From positions 1 to 55,640 of the forward strand of contig JAAXWY010000011.1 of the NCBI GenBank assembly GCA_013334745.1: a stretch of 55,640 nucleotides of DNA, written 5' to 3'. Of this stretch, positions 48,380 to 55,640 are shown piece after piece (position 1 is the stretch's first letter; every line of letters begins with the position of its first letter). Source of the stretch: Coriobacteriia bacterium (GTDB lineage Bacteria; Actinomycetota; Coriobacteriia; Anaerosomatales; JAAXUF01). Below the pieces are notes generated by a model. The model ran no database searches and had not been told where the DNA came from. It was given only the letters and a program-made list of their open reading frames with translations. The position numbers and the translations under genes are program-made.

Positions 48380-49984
48380 ATGACCACCGAGCCCGGTCTC
48401 GAGTCCGACGCGGTGCCCAGCAAGGCTCCACTGCCCCCGGTGCTCGAGTTGCGGGGGATCACGAAGCGGTTTCCTGGCGTGCTCGCCAACGAGGATGTCT
48501 CGGTGAGCGTCTCGCCCGGTGAAGTCGTCGCGTTGCTCGGCGAGAACGGTGCCGGCAAGTCGACCCTCATGAACGTCGCGTACGGGCTGCTCGCGGCAGA
48601 CGCCGGCGAGATCGCGGTTGACGGCAAAGTCGTGCAGATTCGCATGCCGCGCGATGCCATCAACCTTCGGATCGGCATGGTGCATCAGCACTTCATGCTG
48701 GTAGAGCCGCTGACCGTGACCGAGAATATCGTGCTTGGCATGGAGCCGGTGCGTAAGGGCTTCGGCGCAATCGATCGCGCCACCGCCCGCGCGAAGGTTG
48801 TCCAGATCTCGGAGCGCTACGGCCTCAAGGTCGACCCCGACGCTCGGGTGATGGACCTTTCGGTGGGAATGCAGCAGCGCGTCGAGATCCTGAAGGCGCT
48901 CTACCGGGACGCACGCATCCTCATCCTCGATGAGCCGACTGCGGTGCTCACGCCGCAAGAGGTCAGTGAGCTGTTCGAGATCGTTCGTGAGCTCGTCGCC
49001 GAGGGCCTTGCGGTGGTCATCATCACCCACAAGCTTGACGAGGTCATGGCGTTCTCGGACAAGATCGTCGTCATGCGCATGGGGCGCGTCGTCGGCGAGA
49101 CGACCCCCTCGCAATCAACCGAACAGAGTCTCGCGAGGATGATGGTCGGTCGCGAGGTCGTACTCCGAGTTGAGAAGCAGCCCTCCACACCCGGTGATGT
49201 GCGGCTCGAGGTGCGAGACCTAAACGTACTCGACGATCGCAAGCTCGAGGCGCTCAAGGGCGTGTCCCTGCAGGTCCGCTCGGGTGAGATCGTTGGGATT
49301 GCGGGGGTCGATGGCAACGGGCAGGGCGAGCTGGTCGAGGCAATAGTCGGACTACGGCGTCCCACATCCGGCACGGTCACGCTCAACGGCAAAGACATCA
49401 CCCATGCGCCGCCTGATGCGACCATCGCGGCAGGGGTCTCGCATGTTCCCGCCGATAGGCACCGCCGCGGACTGGTTCTCGACTTCGATCTGGTCGAGAA
49501 CATGATTCTGGGCGATCACGATCGCGCACCGTTCGCGAAGTTCGGCATCCTCGATCGCGCTGCCATGCAGCGCGTCGCTGCCGAGCGCATCGCGGAGTAC
49601 GACGTGCGTACCCCAAGCGAGCACGTGCTTGCGGCGAACCTTTCCGGCGGCAACCAGCAGAAGCTCGTGCTCGCACGCGAACTCGGACGCGACCCCGAGC
49701 TGCTCATCGCCGCACAGCCAACACGCGGTCTTGATGTAGGCGCCATCGAGTTCGTTCACCGCCGCATTCTCGCCGAGCGCGACGCCGGCAAGGGTGTGCT
49801 GCTTGTGAGCATGGAACTCGAGGAGATCGAGTCGCTGTCCGATCGGATCCTCGTCATGTACGAAGGCCGCGTCGTCGCTGAGTTCGCTGGTGGCGCCGTG
49901 AGCAAAGAGGAGTTGGGCGTCTACATGACAGGTGGCTCTTCCACTCGGGCCGCACAGGTCGAGGGGGGTGGCGGCGATGAGTGA
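48380..49984 (+). CDS. ABC transporter ATP-binding protein with duplicated nucleotide-binding domains, sugar/nucleoside type.
   Basis: Two Walker A sites (GENGAGKST and GVDGNGQGEL-type), two LSGGNQQK-like signature motifs. Length 534 aa. Confidence 0.9.
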   Translation: MTTEPGLESDAVPSKAPLPPVLELRGITKRFPGVLANEDVSVSVSPGEVVALLGENGAGKSTLMNVAYGLLAADAGEIAVDGKVVQIRMPRDAINLRIGMVHQHFMLVEPLTVTENIVLGMEPVRKGFGAIDRATARAKVVQISERYGLKVDPDARVMDLSVGMQQRVEILKALYRDARILILDEPTAVLTPQEVSELFEIVRELVAEGLAVVIITHKLDEVMAFSDKIVVMRMGRVVGETTPSQSTEQSLARMMVGREVVLRVEKQPSTPGDVRLEVRDLNVLDDRKLEALKGVSLQVRSGEIVGIAGVDGNGQGELVEAIVGLRRPTSGTVTLNGKDITHAPPDATIAAGVSHVPADRHRRGLVLDFDLVENMILGDHDRAPFAKFGILDRAAMQRVAAERIAEYDVRTPSEHVLAANLSGGNQQKLVLARELGRDPELLIAAQPTRGLDVGAIEFVHRRILAERDAGKGVLLVSMELEEIESLSDRILVMYEGRVVAEFAGGAVSKEELGVYMTGGSSTRAAQVEGGGGDE

Positions 49985-51104
49985 CGAAGGCAAGCTGACG
50001 CCCCAACAAGAGCTTGACGCCGAGAAGCGCTTCGCGCTCGAGCAAGAAGCCGCCCGTCGAGCGATTCGGGTGGCGACCCCGTTCATCTCGGTGTTCATCG
50101 CCCTGCTTGTAGGGTCGCTTGTGATCCTTGCGTCGGGCGAGAGCCCGGTCGCCGCCTACTCGGCTATGTTCTCGGGCGCGTTCGGCGGATGGCGACAGAT
50201 CGGCGAGACCCTCCTACGGGCGACTCCGCTGGTGTTCACGGGTCTTGCGGTCTCCTACGGCTTCCGCGCCGGGCTCTTCAACATCGGGGCCGAGGGTCAA
50301 CTGTTCCTTGGTGGACTCGCCGCCGCGTTCGTGGGCTTGGCCGTCGCCGGGCTGCCGATTCTCGTCTCGTTGCCGATCGTGCTGTTCGCAGCGTTTCTGG
50401 CGGGCGCAGCTTGGGCGTTCATCCCGGCACTCATGAAGGCACGGCTGGGGGCGCATGAGGTCATCACGACGATGATGTTCACCTACATCGGGCGGTACCT
50501 GGTGTCGTTCCTCGTCAACGGACCGCTGCGCGCAGAGGGCAGCATCCCGCAGACGACCGAGCTGCCCGTCACCAGCCAGCTTCCGCGCATCTCCGACCTG
50601 CTGCCGTTCCTTGGTTCGAGCCGGGCCCATACGGGCATTCTTCTCGGCGTGGTTGCGGCACTCGTGGTGTGGCTTGTGCTCAAGTACACAGTCATGGGCT
50701 ATGAGGCGCGCGCGGTCGGGTTCAACCCCGCGGCTGCCCAGACCGCCGGTATCTCTGTCGCTCGCACGACGATCACCTCGCTGTGTATCTCAGGTGGGCT
50801 GGCGGGACTCGCGGGTGCTGCCGAGGTCATGGGGGTGCACTATCGCTTGTTCGACCAGTTCTCATCGGGGTTCGGCTTCACAGGTATCGCGGTCGCGTTG
50901 CTTGCGAAGAACAACCCGTTCGGCGTCATCGCCGCCGCGATCCTTTTCGGTTCGCTGTCCGCGGGCGCCGGCACGATGCAGCTCGAAGCCGAGGTCTCGC
51001 AGAAGGTCATCGCGATCATCCAGGGAACCATCATCTTCCTTGTCGGCGCCGAAACCATCGTGACGTGGGCGGTCGCCCGGGTTCGCAGGAAGGGGGGTGA
51101 GTGA
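49977..51104 (+). CDS. ABC transporter permease.
   Basis: ATGA overlap with the ATPase gene. Polytopic protein with a branched-chain/sugar-type permease pattern. Confidence 0.85.
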   Translation: MSDEGKLTPQQELDAEKRFALEQEAARRAIRVATPFISVFIALLVGSLVILASGESPVAAYSAMFSGAFGGWRQIGETLLRATPLVFTGLAVSYGFRAGLFNIGAEGQLFLGGLAAAFVGLAVAGLPILVSLPIVLFAAFLAGAAWAFIPALMKARLGAHEVITTMMFTYIGRYLVSFLVNGPLRAEGSIPQTTELPVTSQLPRISDLLPFLGSSRAHTGILLGVVAALVVWLVLKYTVMGYEARAVGFNPAAAQTAGISVARTTITSLCISGGLAGLAGAAEVMGVHYRLFDQFSSGFGFTGIAVALLAKNNPFGVIAAAILFGSLSAGAGTMQLEAEVSQKVIAIIQGTIIFLVGAETIVTWAVARVRRKGGE

Positions 51105-52050
51105 CGTGTTGGCCGAGATCCTCACTCCCGAACTGTTCGCTTCAGCCGTACGGCTTGCGACACCGATTGCACTCGCGGCCGTCGGTGCGTCGATTTGTGA
51201 GCGCTCCGGCGTGACCAACATCGCGATGGAAGGGCTCATGCTCGTCGCGGCGTTCGCCGGTGTTGCGGCGACCCTGTTCACCGGTAACGCCTGGATAGGC
51301 GTCGTTGCGGCCGTCTGCGCGTCCCTCGTCTTCGCCTCACTCCACGCATGGGCGTCAATCAATCTCCGTTCCGACCAGATCATCTCAGCCACGGCGGTCA
51401 ACATACTTGCACTCGGTATCACCGGATTCCTTATGGAGACGGTGTTCGGCCACCCGGGAACCACCGATCCGGTCAAGACGATCCAACCGCTGTACGTGGT
51501 TCCGCCCGATGCGCCGGTGATCTGGCGCTGGCTCGGCACGGTGCTCTTTGGCTATACGCCGCTGGTGTACGTGGGCATGGGGCTGGCCGTATACCTCACG
51601 TGGGCGCTGTACCGAACGCGGTGGGGCCTGCGGCTCCGTGCGCTTGGAGAGCATCCACGCGCGGCCGACACCGTCGGTGTCAACGTGTTGCGTGGTCGCT
51701 GGTTCGCCGTGCTGATTTCGGGTGCGATGGCCGGCCTTGCGGGCGCAAACCTCACGCTTGAGCAGGTGGGATCGTTCACCGAGAACATGACGAACGGTCG
51801 TGGGTTCATCGCGCTGGCGGCCAACATCTTCGGCCGCTGGACTCCCGGAGGGGCGTATCTCGCGTCGCTGTTGTTCGGCTTCGCCGATGCGCTTCAACTC
51901 AAACTGCAACTGTTCAGCGATATCATCAAGATCCCGTCACAGTTCTTCCTGATGCTGCCCTACCTGCTGACCGTCATCGTTCTGGCGGGTGTCGTGGGCA
52001 AGGCGGTTGCACCTGCCGCCGTGGGCAAGCCGTACAAGGAAAAGGGCTAG
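51097..52050 (+). CDS. ABC transporter permease, second subunit.
   Basis: GTGA overlap with the preceding permease. Polytopic, 317 aa. Confidence 0.85.
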   Translation: MSDVLAEILTPELFASAVRLATPIALAAVGASICERSGVTNIAMEGLMLVAAFAGVAATLFTGNAWIGVVAAVCASLVFASLHAWASINLRSDQIISATAVNILALGITGFLMETVFGHPGTTDPVKTIQPLYVVPPDAPVIWRWLGTVLFGYTPLVYVGMGLAVYLTWALYRTRWGLRLRALGEHPRAADTVGVNVLRGRWFAVLISGAMAGLAGANLTLEQVGSFTENMTNGRGFIALAANIFGRWTPGGAYLASLLFGFADALQLKLQLFSDIIKIPSQFFLMLPYLLTVIVLAGVVGKAVAPAAVGKPYKEKG

Positions 52051-52077
52051 CGACTCACTTCTGCATCGTCACGCTAC

Positions 52078-52105
52078 GAGGGGCACCGGGTGACCGGTGC
52101 CCCTC
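52078..52105. terminator. Bidirectional intrinsic terminator GAGGGGCACCGG-gtga-CCGGTGCCCCTC between convergent genes.
   Basis: Perfect 12-bp stem with a 4-nt loop, followed by TTGTGTGTGG. Located in the 81-nt gap between the + strand permease and the - strand DUF4349 gene. Confidence 0.6.
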
Positions 52106-52131
52106 TTGTGTGTGGCGGTGATGCGGGACGC

Positions 52132-53169
52132 TCAGGCCTGCGGCGAGTCGTCCGTGTGCTCTGCCGGGAGCGCTGCTTCTTGTGCGGCGTAGTCGTCTGC
52201 CGATGCGGCGGCGTGTCGCCTGCGACGACCACGAACCATCGCTCGGATCGCGAGGAACAGAAGCACGCCGAGCACGATGAGCGGCAGCATTGCGAGCAGG
52301 ACCGTGATGAGCCCCCGCGTGACGGCAGCACCGCCGCGCACGCCGTCACGGATCGCGGCCGCGAAGCCCCATCCGCCGGCGGCGGGGCTGACCAGTGCGC
52401 CCGGCTGCGACAGGGTGACGGTCAGGGTTGCGAGTGCTGCCTGGCGCTCGAGGTAGTCGATCTGCGCGCGCATCGACTCGATGTCGCCCCGAACGCGCGC
52501 CAGCTCCTGCTCGATGGCGAGCATCTCGGAGACCTTGGTGGCCTTGGTGAAGAAGGCGCGAAGTCGAGTCTCCTCAGCCTCGAGGTTCTTCAGGCGCGCC
52601 TTGAGGTCGACGTGCTGCTGCGTGACGTCATCCTGGCTCGATGTCTGCGAGGTGACCTTGCCCAAGGCGCCGATCTCACGCTCGGCGGCGGGTAGCTTGT
52701 CCGACGGCACTCGCAGAGTGATCGACGCGCCGCCGGGTGTGGGCGCTACGTAGTCGCCAGACGACGCCATCGGATAGGGCTCGGGGGTGACGACCGTTTC
52801 GCTGCCCGAGTAGACCGACAGGTTGGCGATCTGGGCACCGTGCTTGGTGGCGATCGCGCGGACCGACTCGACGGCTTCCTCGAGGTTCTTGACCTCGATT
52901 CCGATACCCGCGTTCGTGATCACGAGCATGTCACCTGTAGGGGACGGCTCGGTAGTGCTACTGACGGCTAGTTCGTCGGCGACCGGCGCGCCACCCACAT
53001 CTGACTTGGCTGCCCCGGGGTCGTAGCTTGGGGAGACGGCGGCCCCGCCGGTTCCGACGTCCATTGCCGTTCGTGTCGAGGCCCCGCCGCAGCCGGCGAG
53101 AGCGAGCAGCGAGACTACAAGAACAATTGAACAGAGCGAGCGAACGGTGAGCGTCGTACGTGATCTCAT
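52132..53169 (-). CDS. DUF4349-like secreted lipoprotein.
   Basis: MRSRTTLTVRSLCSIVLVVSLLALAGCGG lipobox. C-terminal coiled-coil plus TM, as in DUF4349 proteins. RBS GGAGGTG lies 6 nt before the ATG at 53169. Confidence 0.55.
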   Translation of the reverse strand: MRSRTTLTVRSLCSIVLVVSLLALAGCGGASTRTAMDVGTGGAAVSPSYDPGAAKSDVGGAPVADELAVSSTTEPSPTGDMLVITNAGIGIEVKNLEEAVESVRAIATKHGAQIANLSVYSGSETVVTPEPYPMASSGDYVAPTPGGASITLRVPSDKLPAAEREIGALGKVTSQTSSQDDVTQQHVDLKARLKNLEAEETRLRAFFTKATKVSEMLAIEQELARVRGDIESMRAQIDYLERQAALATLTVTLSQPGALVSPAAGGWGFAAAIRDGVRGGAAVTRGLITVLLAMLPLIVLGVLLFLAIRAMVRGRRRRHAAASADDYAAQEAALPAEHTDDSPQA

Positions 53170-53272
53170 CACGAACACCTCCATCGTCGTGCGCATCGCC
53201 GCAGGAAAACGACGAGCGCCCTACCGCAGTCGCGCGGAAGGACGCTCGGCAAACAGAACAGGCACGGGAGGA

Positions 53273-53425
53273 CTAGGACTCCAGGGAGACCTTCTCCTCG
53301 TTCCTGCCCTCGGCCTTCTTCAGCGCACTCGCTGCATAGGCACCCAGTGCGATGCCGATGATCGCGAGCATGAAGAACCCGAGGATCAGAACGTTGACTA
53401 CAGCTCCAGCCCAGTTAGCGGTCAT
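53273..53425 (-). CDS. Small (50 aa) single-TM membrane protein.
   Basis: MTANWAGAVVNVLILGFFMLAIIGIALGAYAASALKKAEGRNEEKVSLES. RBS GGAGGTG lies 9 nt upstream. It could also be non-coding. Confidence 0.3.
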   Translation of the reverse strand: MTANWAGAVVNVLILGFFMLAIIGIALGAYAASALKKAEGRNEEKVSLES

Positions 53426-53816
53426 GTGACCGTCCACCTCCGAGTCGCCGATACGATTCGCCCCGATTCTACGCGTACTCTCAGTCGCTCGGCAAACTGC
53501 GCGTGGAGATTGCGTGCCTATTCGGTTGTCATCCCAGCAATCCATCCACTCGAACACTCAGACGCGAAGACACGGACGGTGGTTCACGGGCCCTTTCCGA
53601 AGCAACAATCTGGCGGATCGATGGCGGTCACACGCACGCGTCGAGTGTCGGCGGGAGAACCGGGTGTTAGCTCGGTGTGGACAAATGGGTACATGTGTCA
53701 CAGATTCCCATGAAAGGCTTGCGAAGTGGGATAGAGTGGCATAGGATGGCGTGCAGAGGGGGGCAGTGGCACGCAGTGTCTCCCTAGGACATGCGAGAGG
53801 GCGGGAGGTGACACGG

Positions 53817-54251
53817 ATGTTTCTCGGGGACTACCAGCACACGATGGACGCGAAGGGCCGTGTCTCGCTGCCGTCCAAGTTCCGTGCACAGCTCACCGGC
53901 AAGCTCGTCGTAGCCAAGGGCTTCGAAGGCTGTCTCGCCGTCTACTCGACCGATGAGTACGACCGCTACGTGGGTGCACTCATGGCCAAGCAGGACTTCG
54001 ACGAGGAAGTCCGGCGCCTTCGTCGCAAGCTCACTTCCGGCGCGCAGGAGGTCGAGTTGGACTCTGCGGGCCGCATCTCGCTCACTCAGCAGCTCCGCGA
54101 TTACGCGGGGCTGAAGAAGGACGTCGCCGTCACCGGCAACGGGAACCGGATCGAGATCTGGGACTCAGAGCGGTGGGCCACCTACATAGGCGACGACGGG
54201 GGTTCGATCGAGGACCTCGCGAGCAAGCTGGCGACCGCCGGCCTGCTCTAG
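53817..54251 (+). CDS. mraZ: Division/cell wall cluster transcriptional regulator MraZ.
   Basis: MFLGDYQHTMDAKGRVSLPSKFR is the canonical MraZ start and the DxxxR motifs are duplicated. RBS GGGAGGTG. Confidence 0.9.
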   Translation: MFLGDYQHTMDAKGRVSLPSKFRAQLTGKLVVAKGFEGCLAVYSTDEYDRYVGALMAKQDFDEEVRRLRRKLTSGAQEVELDSAGRISLTQQLRDYAGLKKDVAVTGNGNRIEIWDSERWATYIGDDGGSIEDLASKLATAGLL

Positions 54252-54254
54252 GGC

Positions 54255-55211
54255 TTGAAAATGGAATATCGGCACACCCCAGTTTTGCTGGCCGAGGTCA
54301 CGCAGCAACTTTCGCCGCAACCCGGTTCGATAGTCTGTGACTGCACCTTAGGCGGGGCAGGACACGCGAAGCGGCTTCAAGAACTCGTGGCCCCCGGCGG
54401 ACTACTCGTCGGGATTGACCAAGATGACGCAGCACTTGCCGCAGCAGCATCCACACTACGCCTCGGCCAGCATGAACTTTCAGAGAGCACGATCCTGCTC
54501 AAGGGCAACTTCAGCGAGCTCGATCGTTTGCTCCCGCAGGCGGGCATTCCGTACATCGATGGATTTCTCTTCGATCTCGGAGTCAGCTCGCATCAACTGG
54601 ACGTCCCTGAGCGCGGGTTCTCCTATCGGGAGGACGCGCCTCTGGACATGCGGATGGATCCGGGTCGTCAGACCCAAACCGCAGCTGAGGTCATCGCAGC
54701 CTACTCCGAAGCCGACCTCGCCCGGATACTTCGCGACTTTGGTGAGGAAAGGTGGGCCACGCGCATCGCAGCATTCATCGTAGCCGCGCGGGCCCACCAT
54801 CCCATCGAAACCACGTCGCAGCTCGTCGACATCATCAAGTCGGCGATACCGGCTGCGGCTCGCCGCGAGGGCGGTCACCCCGCGAAGCGCACCTTCCAAG
54901 CGCTCCGCATCGAAGTGAACGGTGAACTCGACGTCCTCGCGACCTCGCTTGAAGCAGCCGTTCGCTGGCTGTCGCACGGGGGGCGGATAGCGGTCATCAG
55001 CTACCACTCGCTTGAGGATCGCATCGTCAAGCAGGCGTTCCAGAATCTCGCACGGGGGTGCGTTTGTCCGCCAGACCTCCCGGTCTGCACCTGCGGGCAC
55101 GAGCCGGTACTCCGAGTTCTCACGCGCCGGGCGATCCTGCCAAGCGCTGAGGAGATTGAAACGAATCCGCGGTCCAGGAGCGCGAAGCTCAGGGTCGCCG
55201 AGAAGATCTGA
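54255..55211 (+). CDS. rsmH: 16S rRNA (cytosine1402-N4)-methyltransferase RsmH.
   Basis: HTPVLLAEV...DCTLGGAGHA SAM-binding motif. Follows mraZ. Confidence 0.9.
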   Translation: MKMEYRHTPVLLAEVTQQLSPQPGSIVCDCTLGGAGHAKRLQELVAPGGLLVGIDQDDAALAAAASTLRLGQHELSESTILLKGNFSELDRLLPQAGIPYIDGFLFDLGVSSHQLDVPERGFSYREDAPLDMRMDPGRQTQTAAEVIAAYSEADLARILRDFGEERWATRIAAFIVAARAHHPIETTSQLVDIIKSAIPAAARREGGHPAKRTFQALRIEVNGELDVLATSLEAAVRWLSHGGRIAVISYHSLEDRIVKQAFQNLARGCVCPPDLPVCTCGHEPVLRVLTRRAILPSAEEIETNPRSRSAKLRVAEKI

Positions 55212-55264
55212 TGGAAGCATCGCCTATCGGGGGCGGGCACGAGAGATGAGAGGGGGCGCGAAAC

Positions 55265-55640
55265 CATGGGTCTGCCTGCGCTGAAGCACGACACGCACCG
55301 GGCACAGCCTCGTGGACCGCGCCTCAGAGTCGTGAAGTCGCGACCGTCGTCGAAGAAGTCCACGCGCTCGCGTGCGAACGCCAATGAAGCAGCCGCTCAG
55401 GCCTTCGTGTTCTTCGCCGTGGTGGTTGTAATCGTCGCTGCGCTCGGATTCGGTCGCATCTGGCTATCGGTGCGGGCCGCGCAAGCCTCGATGGACTCCA
55501 CGCGGCTTCGCAGCGAGATCAAGCTCGAGCAGTACGAGGGTGACATGCTCGAGGTTCAGCAGAGTGCACTTGCCACTCCGTCGCGCATCCAGGCGCTTGC
55601 CGGAGGGGCGATGGGCATGCGGCCGGCGAAGTCCGTCGCA
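55265..55640 (+). CDS. FtsL-like septum formation protein, 3'-partial.
   Basis: The ORF runs off the window. Basic N-terminus, a single TM helix (FVFFAVVVVIVAALGF) and the start of a coiled coil. Position after rsmH. Confidence 0.5.

Noticed and set aside
46808-49114. 768-aa antisense ORF opposite xerD, the BMP lipoprotein and the ABC ATPase.
   Set aside because: It spans three independent sense genes. GC-shadow.
52090-52695. 201-aa + strand ORF overlapping the bidirectional terminator and antisense to the DUF4349 gene.
   Set aside because: It starts inside a perfect terminator hairpin and is antisense to a gene with a lipoprotein signal. Not credible.

Overview
This is a high-GC (about 65-70%) window with gene order typical of Actinobacteria: aroC-aroK/B-aroQ ... 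pepQ-efp ... nusB; tlyA-nadK-recN-steA-steB ... pyrG ... xerD; and mraZ-rsmH-ftsL at the 3' end. Almost everything is on the + strand and tightly packed, with many ATGA/GTGA start-stop overlaps. Most of the long antisense ORFs in the six-frame track are GC-induced shadow ORFs. No rRNA, tRNA, CRISPR array or transposase was recognised. The most interesting content is a complete-looking type IVa pilus (T4aP) locus at 2460..10680: pilB-pilC-pilA1-pilD-pilA2-pilM-pilN-pilO plus a PilP-like gene. It lacks a secretin and a retraction ATPase inside the window, and it sits directly upstream of the shikimate genes. This matches the proteobacterial pilMNOPQ-aroKB linkage, minus pilQ. A second three-gene pilin module lies between aroQ and pepQ (14035..18073). 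It encodes a roughly 675-aa modular pilin carrying five Ig-like repeat domains, a minor pilin and a PilX_N-like protein. Upstream of pilB there is a Ras/MglA-like small GTPase with an acidic partner and a Pro-rich membrane protein. Other accessory content includes a four-gene envelope-glycan module (GT2, MurJ-like flippase, large exported polytopic protein, MraY/WecA-like GT4) inserted between steB and pyrG. There is also a two-subunit pyruvate-carboxylase-type pair, an enlarged flotillin-like protein, and a BMP-family/ABC nucleoside-type transporter. All calls rest on reading the translated ORFs and motifs by eye; no database searches were run.
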